41,036 nt of DNA from Catajapyx aquilonaris (taxonomy: Eukaryota): NCBI GenBank assembly GCA_000934665.2, contig KZ538201.1:62001-103036 (forward strand). The letters are read 5' to 3'. The position numbers were made by a program, and so were the translations under genes. Under the pieces are notes generated by a model. That model was not told the DNA's origin. It was given only the letters and a program-made list of their open reading frames with translations, and made no database searches. Below are positions 12,074 through 25,906 of this stretch, one piece after another; positions within the stretch are counted from its first letter, which is position 1; the number at the start of each line of letters is the position of its first letter.

Positions 12074-13850
12074 CTATTATGTTCATCAATGTTAATTTTA
12101 TTCTCAGTTGAAAATTAAGGACATTCAGATAGTAATTGAAGCTATATGCAAATAATCTGGGCTTAGAATAGTCAAATTCCTGAACATTTCAATTGACGCC
12201 TAATAAAAATTGCGATTTGAAATATTTCTGCACTTTTTTACACACCATGATTACATTGTATTATTTACATAGTGAAGTGACGCAACCCTTATTTCGAGAT
12301 AATCGCGAATTCTTCTTTAGCAAACCGGCTGAGCACTTGACGACAGACTTCTCCATGACCTTACTCATGTCTCTTATCTTATATTCTGGATTGGAATTTC
12401 AAAGAGTGTTTGCGAACATCCAACCTCACCACACCACACCGTATTCATTGATATCATTGTGTCAATATGAATGACCAGACCTATATTGCAAATCCAGTTG
12501 AGACTATTGCTATAGCCATTTTGCACGAATCTTTGTCCTTTTTTTAATTCTGGATATTTCTGACTCTTTACATGCCACTGAAAAATATATGTCGTTTGGA
12601 GCCTGTTTGCACCAACCTGCGACTAATAATAATAGAGGGTGTCCCAATGATATATTCGGAGACACGTCTCCCGATTTGTTGAGCAGGGTTTCATTTGGAC
12701 GTTCACCTGTGCACTCAACATTGCGACATTTGGGCAAGCCTGCAATAATTAAAGGGGAGGTGGGCAGTTCGGTTAATAATTTTTTTGCAACAATGAATTA
12801 TTCGAGCACCTCACAATAACTTTACTCTCATTGTTATAATAACAGCACTAGTAATTTTTGTTTTCTACAATAATTCATTATGTTTGAAACGAGAAGAATA
12901 GTGCTACTGTTGCAATAATTTATTTAGTTAGTTGTTAATAAATAAATAAATAGATAGATAGATGGATAGATAGATAAATAAATCAATAAATACGTATCTT
13001 TATTTGTGCACGTATAAATTAATAAATTTATTTCCCTGTTTATTAGTTATTTACTTAATATTTATTCAGTTATTAATTAATTAATTGCTATATTATTCAT
13101 TCAGCTATTAATTAATAAATTAATTAATTTGTCTGTTATTTACTTATTTTTTATTTTTTTATCTATACTGCATGCCTTATTTACAAGGTTGGACTATTCT
13201 AAACATATCTGTTGATTATAGTAGTTGCTTCCATAATCATGCATTGATCATACACGTTACGTAATGCAACAATATGTAATTTTTAGTATCCGGTAATACA
13301 CCTAGTATACATCATGGTTGGTTTGGCGCTGTTTTTGCGACGTTGCATTTTGTCGCTCAATTTCAATCCACGTAACTTACATTTTTTTTATTGTTTTTGA
13401 CAAATTGTGACACTAACCTACTTTTTTTTAGGAGTCTTATAATCTCTGGCTTCTAGAATAAATATTACCGAGCATTGTCGGTTCTAACAAGTCTCAACTC
13501 CTTATGGGTTGTAACTCACGGGTCATATCTACGTAAAAAAAAAATACAAGTAACCAGTAGGATTGCGACAATTATGACACAAAGGTAGGTAATTGGGGCA
13601 CAAAAAGTTAGGCAATTGAGATACGATGTTATCAAGTCTTCGATCGGGATTGTAAAAAAAAGAGAGGTGATAAATATATATATTTTTATCAAATCTTAAT
13701 TGACACTATTGGACTCCTTTTTCTGGCACCATTATTTTGCAATATGAAGTTCTCTTGGGGGGGGGGGGGGGANTAATATTGTAGGCATTTTTCTAAATAA
13801 GTTTCCAGAAATCCCAAATACTGTATATGAACACTGAGAAGGGAAGTATA

Positions 13851-13930
13851 ATCTGTCTGTATGTATATAAAAATCAATGTTTGTTTGTTTGTTTGTCCAA
13901 GCAGAAATTTGAAACTACTTATCTTGTGAC
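13851..13930 (+). mobile_element. Possible Helitron-like 5' fragment
   Basis: TATATAAAAATCAATGTTTGTTTGTTTGTTTGTCC...AAACTACT resembles the 5' ends of common non-autonomous arthropod Helitrons. Recognition by pattern only. Confidence 0.35.
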
Positions 13931-15306
13931 TAATGACAATATGAATCAACATGACTGTCATGCCCACATTAATAGTACTTAACTGCCTCATTTTAATCCC
14001 CAAAATTAGCTCGCTTCCTAGGAATGTTTCCGCAACAATATTGACGTCAACGTGACTAACAATTGCTCATGACGTCAGGTACGTGAGAAATACGCATACA
14101 TGACTGCTCGAAAACTTTTTTTAAAAAAAGGAGGATGAGTAGGTATAATGACAGTGAATTTTGATCATACAGAGAGAGGGGGTCTTGCGCTCATGCTTTT
14201 GTTGCTTGCAAATAATGCAATGAGATTCACGCGAGGACGCCTCGCATTAGTTCAGGAATATGGGGTCAGTCACGGTCCAATTCAGCAGAGGTCAAAGAGT
14301 GCAGAAAACGGACACAGCCAATGCCTCCCTGATGATGATGAACCCACAAAAGAATATGAAACGTGTACAACAAGGTGCATGTAAGCAATTGATGACGTGT
14401 GGGAAAATTGTGTTTAAATTTGTCATGAGCCTCTATTTGGTTTGACGTCATCATGTCTAAATACAGCTTCAGTAACGTCACAAAAATATAATTTGTTTCA
14501 AGGGGTAGTGTACTATTTGTCCCCCCCCCCCCNCCCCCCCAAAAAAAAAGGTCCACGTGTCCTGGCTTACAGAACTGTCAAAATTCATTAAAGATGACAT
14601 CTGTAGAAAAGTAAATAATGGAGTGCTCATCATTATACATAGCACCATGCATTGTTGATGTCAGATTTTGGGTACTGTCTTATTGTTGCTTTTCTTCGGT
14701 TTCTGGTATAAACAGTCCATAACTGTTCATATCTTCCTCCCTCTTGGTCTGTGGACTAGGCCAGGGCACTACTCTGTACACACACCATTGTTGGCTTGCA
14801 ACAATACTACCGCACTAAAATGTTGGTTGCTGTACTGTATGTAATAAAAGCATGTCTCAGGAAGTGTTTGTCTCCATTTTTATTTATTTCTTCCAACAAT
14901 GACAAGGAGTACAGCGCTTTAATCAGGACAATTAACGAACACATGGCAATTTTAGCTTTTTAAAAACATTGTCCTGTTTAATTGTAATCAACTGCAGTGT
15001 ACCTTGGACATATCTGAAACTTTCCTCCACATCATTTTTGTCTCCACAACTTTTAGTACCGTACTTACTGATCTTCAAAAGTAGTTGCTGGAGCAAACAA
15101 TCAATTTCCAGCAGCGCACCTCTTTCTAAAAAGAGGTTGCTTCCGTTTCAAGCAGGTTGCTAGGAGCAAACAATCCCTGTTGACCCCCCCAGTGAATGAA
15201 CCACCTGTTATTTAAATTCAAGTTGTTATTTTAATAAGTGGTTATATAATAGCGTGGATTAATTTTTTATATTTAAAGTTTTAAACGAAAGCGATTTTTT
15301 TAATGA

Positions 15307-15375
15307 GCGGCCATATTGGTGCGTCTTACCAGCTAGCCAATCAGAGGGCAGTGAGTTCCAACATGGCGGCCACCT
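15307..15375 (+). promoter_or_regulatory. Putative Vps34 promoter / 5' region
   Basis: YY1/Pho-like CAACATGGCGGC at 15359-15370, an inverted similar motif at 15307-15318 and CCAAT at 15337-15341, about 160-220 bp upstream of the ATG. Confidence 0.45.
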
Positions 15376-15525
15376 AAGTCGACTTCAACACAAATCATTC
15401 AGATGATTCAGAGATCATGGCGCATATCAGCTGAGGACACTTCAACTTTCTCTTGGTCTCGATTAGTCCTAGGTACCTAGTTTCTTTTCCTCCTGGAGCT
15501 GTAGAAGAAGGAAAAAAAGAGAAGA

Positions 15526-18500
15526 ATGGAGGATCCGGAGGGCAAGTTCAGATACGTCTACAGCTCGGACCTGGACCTCAAAGTTCAGATCAAAATGTGA
15601 GTATCCTCTTTTGTTTGTCTGTTTTTTGCGCAATGCAAATGTTATCAGTCAGACCTAGTTTATTGGCCAAAATTATTGCATAAGTAATGCCCGGGGGGTC
15701 ATGCCAGTATGAGACGCATCATGTACATGCAATGCGTACGTGCACATCTTACCACTTGTATGTAAAGAGCAAACTGTAACGTGATGCATCGTTTACTTGC
15801 AAAAATGTGTACATGCTCATTACGCCTTGTCTGTATGGAGTCAACTGTAACGAGATACGTCATGTACTTGCAATGCGTACGCGCCACTTGTCTGTAAAGC
15901 GTAATCTGCTGTAATGAGGCGTTACAAAATGTGTACATGCGCATTACGACTTGACCGTTAAGGGTAATGAGATGCAACGTGTATTTGCAGTGTGTACTGG
16001 CACCTCGTGCGACTTGCCTGCAAAGAGTAATTTGTAACGAGATGCATCGTTTACTTGCAAAAATGTACATGCATTACAACTTGTCTGTAAAGAGTAAACT
16101 ACAACAAAATGTGTATGTGCTTATTGTACAACTTGCCAGTAAATGCATCGTGTACTTGCAATGTGTACGTATGCACATTATGACTTCGCTGTAGCGTAAC
16201 CCATATGTGCGTACATGTTTATCTTATGACCTATTTGCATATTTACAGCGGCACACTGGAAGGGAAGAGAGAGAAGCCCGAGTATGACAAGCTGCTGGAA
16301 GATCCGATGCTCAAATTTTCAGGGATGTACCAAAGCAATTGCTCCGATCTCTGCGTACATTGTCAGGTAAGAAGGTACGAGCTGAGCGATTGGGCAATGG
16401 TAATTTCACGGTGTTGCTTTCAGGTTTATGTGGATGGAAAACCTCTGGCGCTTCCAGTGATGACGTCGTACAAACCGTTTACATCCAGGTGGAAGTGAGT
16501 TCATTTTTTTTGGTTAAATTATCTGACTGTTTAATGAATTACCAGCTTAGTATGAAATGTTGTAAAAGTTAACTTCATAACACACCTAAGCCGAAGAATA
16601 ACTGCAAAATTTTTGAATATGAAGTAAATTATTTTTGCGTGTGCTTAAAATAAAGGCTCTCTCCAATCCTACTGCGATATTTCAACACGTGGATGTTTTT
16701 ATCCTGACCATTCCTGCTACATTTTTTTCCGATATGAGAATGTACATTGAACGACAAGACTTAGAAACTTTCTCTGGATTAGATAGTGTGCGATAAAGGA
16801 GTATTGTATCAGATATTATTGTGACTCCCTTAATTCTATATCCTTTACGTAAAATTTGAGCTGACTGTTGGGAAGAGCTTTATCACGTATGATTAATTGC
16901 TGACGAATGTGGATTTGCATGTTGACAAATGTATTGAACAAATGTTATGCTCAAATGTTGTTTTGGGCGACTGTGACCTCCATTTGTTTTGTTTATAAGA
17001 AGCAGTCACTACATTTGAGTAATGACGTGATATTCGCTCTGAACATTACTTGTCTATATTATGTCTATAGTTACTCTGCCTCATGCACATTTTAATCGTC
17101 CTACAGCTGGAATGAGTGGGTGAGCCTTCCGCTACTGTACAGTGACCTTCCCCGCAACGCAGTTTTGGCCTTGACCATATTCGACTGTGGCGGACCCTCC
17201 AGACTCATCCCAGTCGGTGGTACCACCGTGTCACTATTTGGGAAGCATGGAGTCTTCCGACAGGGAATACTTGACTTGCAGGTCTGGCCAGGAAGGTCAG
17301 CCGATGGTGGTAACGTTACGACCACGCCTGGGAAAGGACAGGGTGAAGGAAAGGAGAAGATGCATCGACTCTCGAAGGTGAGATTACCAAATTTTTAGTC
17401 GTAAGGTATTCTCTTTGACTACTACATTTTTATGTGATTATTTCAGCTGACCAAGAAGTACCGCAACGGCCACATGACCAAAGTGGACTGGCTGGATCGC
17501 TTGACTTTCCGTGAGATTGAGATGATCAACGAGCGACAGAAGCGCGAGTCTGAATTCATGTACCTTATGATCGAGTTCCCAGTTGTCGAGTTTGACGGCA
17601 CTGAGGTTTGTTCCTCCACATGTCTGTACTTATGTAATCTTCTGTCATTGCACTGAATTATGCCAATATTACTGATGACTAATTTTAGCAAACTGTAGCT
17701 ACTGTCTGTCAAGAGAGCAGATGCATTAATTCTTGTATGACGTATTTATTTTTTGTGACTATTGTTATGTGAAGCGCATGGATTAGAATTACTTCCGGGT
17801 TGCATTCGTTACAATCGCCACAAGTTTATTATCTGCAGATTCCTAACACACAAATCGTATTGCTTCATGTCATTGAAAAAAGTTACTCTTTCCGTGTTCT
17901 CATTTCCATATTTAATTGCAGTATTGTGTGATATACTACGAGAAGGACGGAGATGAACCAAACCACTTCAGGTCCGAAGCTGAGATCGTGTGCGTGCCTG
18001 ATTTTGAGATCATGAAGGACAACTTGGTGGAGAGCAAGCACCACAAGCTGGCTAGGTGTTTGCGTAGTGGGGTGTCCGACAAGGATTTGAAACCAGATGC
18101 GTCCACTAGGGACCAGCTCAACACCATTGTTGCATACCCGCCTACAAAGCAACTGACAGTTGAGGAGCAGGACTTGGTCTGGAAGTTCAGATTTTATCTC
18201 AGCAATCAGAAAAAGGTACGCATTTCGTGCAGTATCCGCAGTATTACAAAACTAAATTGCACCTCTAATTTCAGGCGCTGGCAAAGTTCCTGAAATGCGT
18301 TAACTGGCATGTTCCAACAGAAGCCAGGCAAGCTTTGGACCTGCTTCAGAAATGGGCTCCTATGGATGTCGAAGATGCGCTGGAATTGTTGGGACCCAAT
18401 TTTACACATCCGTTGGTCCGAAGATATGCTGTCACTCGTCTCAAACAAGCACCTGACGAGGTGCGCTTAATTTTATTTGCGGCGTATTTCTCGGTGGATT

Positions 18501-20593
18501 CTGCTTAACTGTTGTGTTTCTATTCGGCAGGACCTTCTCCTGTACCTGCTTCAGCTGGCTCAGGCCCTTAAATGGGAAGACTTTGAGGAGATCAAGTCCG
18601 GCTGGCTCCAGACTCAGAGCCTCAAAGAATCTGCCCCTATCCTTCAGACGCAAACTTCCTGCAGCGGGGCTTCAGAATCAGGAAGAACCGAGAGGAGTTC
18701 CAGCGTCGGAAGCAGTGTTGGAGAAGCCACGAATGGTAACAACACTGCTTCGGTGATGCAAGTCCAGGTGGAAGCTGGACCATCTCTGATCGAAGGGGCT
18801 GAAGTCACGTCTGAATCTGTTCAGAAGGAATCTGACATTAGCACATCGGACAGCCGACTCATAGACCCGTTAGCCGCTGGGTCGTGTGATCTGGCCACCT
18901 TTCTCATACACAGGGCTTGCAATAATTCGCTGCTGGCCAACTACTTTTACTGGTTAGTTTTCTGCTTCACTCGCTTCCTTATCGCTTATCGGACAACTGA
19001 GTTAATCACGTTTCTCACGCCTGCAGGTATTTGCTAATAGAGTGCGAGGACCATGAGTCTGCGGTTTTGAACCAGGACTCCCAAGTGCGTGAGATGTACC
19101 TGACTGTGCTGAAGCGTTTCTCGAAGGTTCTGCAGAGAGGCGGAAGGGAATGGCAACTGAGGAGGACCTTCCTCAACAGGCAGCAGACATTCATCGACAA
19201 GTTGGTTCTCCTAGTCAAGACGGTGGCTCGGGAGAGCGGGAACAGGAAAAAAAAGGTGTGCTTCAAACATTATTTCATTAAAAATTATTCGATAGGAACT
19301 AATATTTTCCCCCCTATTATTGTTTTTCAGATTGAACGTCTGCAGGCTTTACTTTTCGATTCGGATGCGTTCAAGTTCAACTTTGCAAGCTTCGAGCCTC
19401 TTCCTTTCCCCTTGGATCCGGAGGTGAGCATCAAGGGCATCATTCCCGAAGAGGCGAACCTGTTCAAGTCTGCCATGATGCCCTGTCGCTTGACCTTTCT
19501 AACGACCCAGGGGACCAAATACATTGCCATTTTCAAGCACGGTGACGATCTCAGGCAGGACCAGCTGATATTACAGATTATTACTCTGATGGATAAGCTG
19601 CTCAGGAAGGAGAATCTGGACCTAAAGCTTACGCCTTACAGGGTTTTGGCAACGAGTAGCAAACACGGTACATTTTTGTTATACACGTTATGTGTACGTT
19701 TCGGTTCATGTACTCAAGACACCTATTTTGGGTTCAGGTTTTGTGCAGTTTGTGACGTCGACCCCAGTAGCCGAGGTGTTGTCAGCAGACGGCTCTATAC
19801 AAAATTTCTTCAGGAAACACAACCCGTCTGAATCCGGTCCATATGGGATTCAGGCTGAAGTTATGGACACATACGTCAAGAGCTGCGGTGAGTTGATGGC
19901 ATCTTTACCAATGAATACTGAGCAGCTTTTGCACTCTCGAGTCTTTCTGTGAATGGTTCTCGGGAGATTTTTAACAATTTTGTCAAGTAATTTATTTTGT
20001 TAACAGCTGGGTACTGTGTGATAACTTACCTTCTGGGAGTGGGTGACCGTCACTTGGACAACCTGCTTCTGACCAAGTCAGGGAAGATGTTCCACATCGA
20101 CTTTGGGTACATCCTCGGAAGAGATCCGAAGCCCATGCCACCTCCAATGAAGCTTACCAAAGAAATGGTGGACGCCATGGGAGGGATAAACTCCGAGTAC
20201 TACCAAGAATTTAGGAAGCAATGCTACACTGCCTTTCTTCATCTCAGGAGGTTACTCCTTTATTTGCGTTATTTTGAGTCGCATCATTCCAAATGCCGAG
20301 CGTCGCCTGGCATTTTTGTTTTATTACACTACTACTATATACTCATTATTTTCATCCGCAGACACTCAAACCTGATCCTGAACTTGTTCTCGTTGATGGT
20401 CGACGCAAGTGTTCCAGACATTGCTCTGGAGCCTGACAAGACTGTGAAGAAGGTTCAAGACAAGTTCCAGCTCCATCTTAGTGACGAAGAAGCTGTACAT
20501 TACATGCAGAACATTATAGACTTATCTGCCTCCGACATGGTGGCAGTTCTGGTTGAGCAGCTGCACAAGTTTGCACAGTACTGGAGAAAGTGA
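15526..20593 (+). CDS. PIK3C3: Class III phosphatidylinositol 3-kinase catalytic subunit (Vps34), 927 aa
   Basis: Exons 15526-15596, 16249-16366, 16424-16494, 17107-17377, 17447-17605, 17922-18215, 18275-18460, 18531-18952, 19027-19255, 19331-19667, 19738-19887, 20007-20250, 20362-20593 sum to 2784 nt in one frame. C2, helical and kinase domains; [44 protein letters not shown] and the Vps34 C-terminus HKFAQYWRK. Confidence 0.98.
15710..16200. repeat. Degenerate minisatellite of about 70 bp filling most of Vps34 intron 1
   Basis: About 8 units of GAGATGCATCGTKTACTTGCAA..TGTGTACATGC..ACTTGTCTGTAAAGAGTAAACTGTAAC. Confidence 0.8.
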
Positions 20594-21401
20594 ACAGGGT
20601 CTCGTTTTTGTTATTTTTTTGGCCATTTGCATGTGGACATATTCACGGGTGGGGATTACGGGAATCAAGTCTTTCGGGGGATTTGTTGTCTAGTGGAGTT
20701 AATTATGTCCATCTCAACAGTGTAGTGTATTTATTTGCATTGTTTTGCATACATGTCTATGAGGTATATTAAATTACTGTTGTATAATATCGCCTGAATT
20801 TGCTTTTAGTAATCTTGCAAGCTAATATTTTGAAGGTTTCTGGGACGCACATTACATAACAAAATTACTGTTTGTCTCGATGGTGATGACAATGATTTGG
20901 GTAGTCTGGATTTCCAAGATATTACGCAGACAATTATTTATTCGTGTTTACAGTTGGTACATCCTAGTCAAGTAATTTTTTATTTGTTATTACAACGAGC
21001 CCAAGTCTAAGAGGAAGTGCAAACCTTACGAACCACCCTGTATTTTTCTAACTATTGCCATCAGCTATTACAGTGTAACAGCAGAGATGATGCCTGGTTA
21101 TTCATAAGCTGGCGGGCCTAATTTTAGATGCAAGTTTTGCCTTAAAAAGAAAACAATAACACAGGATGTCATTGATTCCGTCTTCATGAGTCATCGTACA
21201 TCTACTGGGATGCAAGGCGTAAGCCCAGAGTAAGTAAGATACTGTTTAGTACTTATGATTTTTTCATTATTATCAATATAAATTACTACAATTATTATAT
21301 TCTGAACTGGAAAGGGTTTTGTGGCATGAAATCATAGGAAGTCCGTCGTTACATACTCGTAGGTGCTGACATCTGGTTTTTGTTCGCAACGTGTGTCGAC
21401 G

Positions 21402-24163
21402 ATGAGACGACGTTTCGTGAGGGTGGAAAGGGCACCAGTGCCGTGTCGTAAAATTATTTTGTACTTGTTTATAATTGTCATCCTGTACTCAATATTTCGT
21501 CCAACTCACAAACGACATCATGAAGATACAGACTGTCCATTTCAACATGATCAGGGGTAAAGTCAAATCTCTTAAATTTTAAAATTAATTATTTTATTTG
21601 TAAAAAGTGTGCTAACATTTTTTCCTCCCATACTTTAGAATACCTGCATTGTCACCGTGTGTCCATCCAGAATTAGATGTTCACAACAGAGACTTGGAAA
21701 AATATTTTACGCATGTTGAGCTGCTCACTTGTGATGTCGAACCTGATTGGGTTCATGTTGTCGGTTCAACTGCCAAAATTTCTATGATTGCTCTTGAGAA
21801 ATACGGAGATATTGAGTGCAATGTTACAGGTAGGTTTTAGTAGTGATCAAGTACAGTTGCGATGGACTTGGACTCACACTATTTGCCCTGCAGATATAAT
21901 ACGACAAGATGACTGGACCAACATTGCGAATCAAGCTGTTACTCTGAACACTCATTATTCCTTGTCTCGCAGTGATTTTGTCAAAGTGAAATGCTTCGCA
22001 AAGTCTGTACGCAAGAGGTAGGCATAATAATTGATTCCAAACACATTCTACTTGTCAATCAGTCAACTCCTGCTTTTGTTATTATGTTATGAGAACAATT
22101 TCTTTCGTTTACCGTATGCCTTAATTTTCAGTTGGGAAAATGTAATGGCAGGCATGCGTTACAATTTTTCTATCCATGCGAGAAGTGGTTGGAAGAAGAT
22201 TCCAAAGGATGGACTTAGGTTGAACGTACTTGTGTTTGGATTTGCATCAGTATCGAGAATGCATTTTATTCGCAAACTACCCAAGTCATACAAGTACATG
22301 ACTAAAGAGTTGAATGCGGTTGTGCTTGAAGGTTACAATATTTTAGGGGATGGCACTCCTCAGGCACTCATACCCATTCTTACTGGTGAGTTTCATAACA
22401 ATTTCTGTGGCTGTATCGCAGATTAATTGAGTACATTGATGCAGTAACTAGACCTAGTTTTTGCATTCATACACTCAACTGTGAGCCGACACTTGCGTAT
22501 GTAATTTATTTATCATAGGAAAGACGGAGCCAGAATTGCCCGAAGTCAGAGCAAGAATGACCAGGGAAGCCTCACATGTTAATGTCTACCCTTTTATCTG
22601 GAATGAATTTCAGAGGCATGGATATGTGACAGGTAGCTTTGGGAAATGAATATGTAAATATTTAAATATTCAAGTGCCATTCATAGATTACTTATCTAAT
22701 TGCAGCATATGCAGAAGATTGCCCAGAATTTGGAACTTTTACATATCGGCTGAAAGGCTTTAATGAAATGCCGACTGATCATTACATGCGACCATTTTTC
22801 CTGGAGGTTAATCGTGAGATGGCAAACCACAGAAAGTTTTGTCTCGGAAGCGTTCCCAGACACAAGGTCAGCCAATGTCCAAATATTGTGCCTAAGCATC
22901 ATTATGCACTATGTGTAATTATGCAAATAGCAGATGGTAAAAAACGTAACACGTTGCTGATATTTCAGATTTTGATGAACTACGTTGAGAATTTTTTCCA
23001 CTACTACTATCACAAGCCAAAATTTATGTTTGCATTTCACGGAGAACTATCGAATTCTGACCTCAACTTAATTGAAGCCGCAGATGGTGACCTCTTAGCA
23101 ATGCTGCAGAGTCTTCACGAAGCAAATTTACTAAACAACACCTTACTGATAATCATGAGTGATCATGGAGCAAGGTAATTCTTTTTTCAAATTAGCACTG
23201 TAAATCGCATTAGCCATGAAAACTGTGTTTTCAGGTCTTTGAAAATGCGACAGACTCAGCAAGGGAAGCAGGAGGAAAGGATGCCAATGTTCAGCCTTAT
23301 TTTTCCTCCGTGGTTTAGTAAAGCTTACCCTGAAGCTTTTTCTAATGTTCAGTAAGTAAATAAGTACCTGCAATAAAAATTTTATGCATGAATTTTTTCA
23401 TTAGGTACACATTTGTAATTTCAGAGACAATGCTCAACGGCTGACGACACCACTTGACATTCATGAAACACTGCGTAATGTCCTGCGTCCCACATACGAA
23501 GAACCTGCAAGCTCCAGAAAGCGGTCATTCAGCCTGTTTCAAAGGGTAGGGCTGCCTTGTTTGTAAGTACGAGTACCGTAATACAACTTGCCCATTTTCA
23601 GATTCCTCCAGAACGAAGCTGCTTTCATGCCGGGATCGCACCTCACTGGTGTTCGTGCCTGAATTGGCAACAATTGTCCCCAACAGACCACCACGTTCGC
23701 AAGGCATCCAAAGCGGCAGTAGACTTCCTGAACAAATACACAAGTTCAAATAGAGACAAGTGTGCTTTGCTTTCACTCTTCAAGGTGGTGTGGGCATCCA
23801 AATTGCTACCAATCATGAGTACGTCTCAACAATATGCCTCAACAATATTGGATAATGCAATTAAATATTATTTCTGCAGGTGTTATGCATTACAAGCAAA
23901 GTGCAGATGCAGATGGATTTGCCCCGGACCTTTCAGATAACACGAGGGTTACTGAGGAGACATACCAAATTTATTTTTACACACAACCAGGCGACAGGCA
24001 TTTCGAGGTGTCCATCAAGCATTATGTGCAGGATGATACGTACGACATGAAGCCATCGCAAGTCAGCAGCATGCAAAAACGTGAATCAGTTGGCAATTGC
24101 ATTACGGATCATTATGCTGACCTGCAGAGATTTTGTCATTGCAAATATACAGTTGGCAATTAA
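21402..24163 (+). CDS. DUF229-family protein (alkaline phosphatase/sulfatase-like superfamily), type II membrane anchor, 647 aa
   Basis: Exons 21402-21556, 21639-21829, 21894-22017, 22132-22385, 22519-22632, 22706-22866, 22969-23174, 23235-23351, 23425-23545, 23602-23818, 23880-24163 sum to 1944 nt in frame. Motifs NVLVFGFASVSR..LPKSY, GYNILGDGT, YPFIWNEF, PTDHYMRPF, MSDHGAR, EERMP, LTTPLDIHETL, RSCFHAGIAPHWCSC. Likely 5'UTR intron 21230-21362. Confidence 0.92.
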
Positions 24164-24230
24164 ATATTTAGGAACTCAAGCTGTATTCCATGTGAAATTA
24201 CCATCAATCCAAACCGGATGTATTCTCGAT

Positions 24231-25510
24231 ATCGCATAGATTTAGTACAGCTTAAAAGTTATTTGCTAAGCCCAAATAAGGTATATCTCCAGCCATTATT
24301 ATGCATTGCTATAACAACATGTTTACAAAGCCATGGTGAAATATATTAGTTATTATTGATTAGTGTGAAAGGTAGCTGCACCAATAGTCAGTTCAGTCAG
24401 ACAAAGTCACGCAGGTCCCATCTCTTTAAGTTGCCTTCAAGAATATTTCACGGACTTCATAAGTGCTTCTGGTCGTAGAACAAGGTAGGCATTTTAATAT
24501 TGGTCACTATCTCCACCGTCCCCCATTTTTTTTGCAAATTTAGCCCAAAATACATCAGGTCTAACTCAACCCATTATTGTAATTGTTATAACAACGTGGT
24601 TACAAAACAACGGTGAATATTAGTCGTCACTGATTAGTTGAGAAAGCAAACAGTAGTCGGACAGGTCGTCTCTCAGTAAGGGTATCGCCGGGGTATCGTT
24701 AACTAAAAAAATTTGAACCTATCATTTGAATACACTTTTCAAAATATGGTACACATGATCCTGAAAAATCAATCATATTTAGTTATAATGTTATAATTTT
24801 GATACTCGTCTACACAGCCTCCAATTTTTTTTTGAGACTAATGTAATAAAAATAAGTAGTGGTACTTGAAGGGACTAAGTAAATGTGTTTTTTTTGCATT
24901 GATTATACAACAAATTAACGCACTGAAATGGTTTAGGAAGACATTTTTGATTGAAAAACATGATCATATCACAAAATAATATACCATAAAATAGCTATTT
25001 TAATAGGAGGCGTAAAATTCAGAGAGTACGTACAGGGACCAGATTTTTTGAAATTATTTTTTTCTATTAATGTTAACTTGTCTCCATATTTTTAGCCATG
25101 TATTGCACAAAGTTGATGTTAACATCTGCCCCACTCTCGTAATATTTCACACACCACCTCACTGTTAGACACTGGTCATAAGGCAAGGTAGGCCTTCAAA
25201 AATATTGGTTGACATCTCCTCCTTTTCCAGTGAATGTTTGCTTTCTTGATAGCCTATTGCTTAGATTTAGTATAGCTTAATAGTGCTTTGCAAATTTTGC
25301 CCAAATAACCTCAAGCCATTATTGTAATATTGCTATAACAACATGGTTGCAAAGCAATGGTGAAATATTAGTTATTATTGACCAGTTGATAAGCAAACTC
25401 TGGCAGGGTCAGACCTAGGTTCAGACAGCTCCTATCTTTCAAGCCGTCACGGACCTCATAAGACCATTTCTGGTCAAAGAGCAAGGTAGGCCTTTTAATA
25501 TTGGTCACCC
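24231..25510 (+). repeat. Three diverged tandem units of about 290 bp, each ending in a splice-donor-like CAAG/GTAGGC; the second is interrupted by an AT-rich insertion (about 24675-25140)
   Basis: Shared CCATTATT..TTGYTATAACAACRTG..GGTGAA and CTGGTC..CAAGGTAGGC..AATATTGGT; donor GT at 24485, 25188 and 25486. Confidence 0.8.
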
Positions 25511-25906
25511 CCCTTCCCCCTCATCGTTTGCTGTTATCATCCTACACCTCCTATTAACATTAATATATTCAAGCATGTGCCCTGAACATATTGTAAGCTT
25601 ATTAGTTACAGGACACCATTTAGTGTCGCTATTTTAAGTACCTCTCTAATTTCATGCAATTATAGCAGTGGTAATAAGCAATGAGTAATGAGCTATCCGA
25701 CATGATTTTGTAGATGCCACGCAGCAGCTACTTATTTAGACTTATTATTGAGACCACAATCACAGCTGCGATGCTTAGCAACTGGCCATAATATTGTTAA
25801 AGTTTTTAACATAGAATGATGCTATGAGAATAATATTACACAAGCATATTACAGGCTGTCACATCCTTCACATGGCAGCCTGACTGCAGCAATTAACATG
25901 TCATTA

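Noticed and set aside
11695..12118. Four overlapping ORFs with similar peptides on both strands
   Set aside because: By-product of the MITE's inverted arms.
12290..12745. Possible CACTA-associated ORF relic on the minus strand (SQKYPELKK..KHSLKF)
   Set aside because: Needs several frameshifts and stops; too weak without a database search.
13755..14545. Poly-G and poly-C runs as paired element ends
   Set aside because: Homopolymers containing N calls, with no convincing TIR or TSD.
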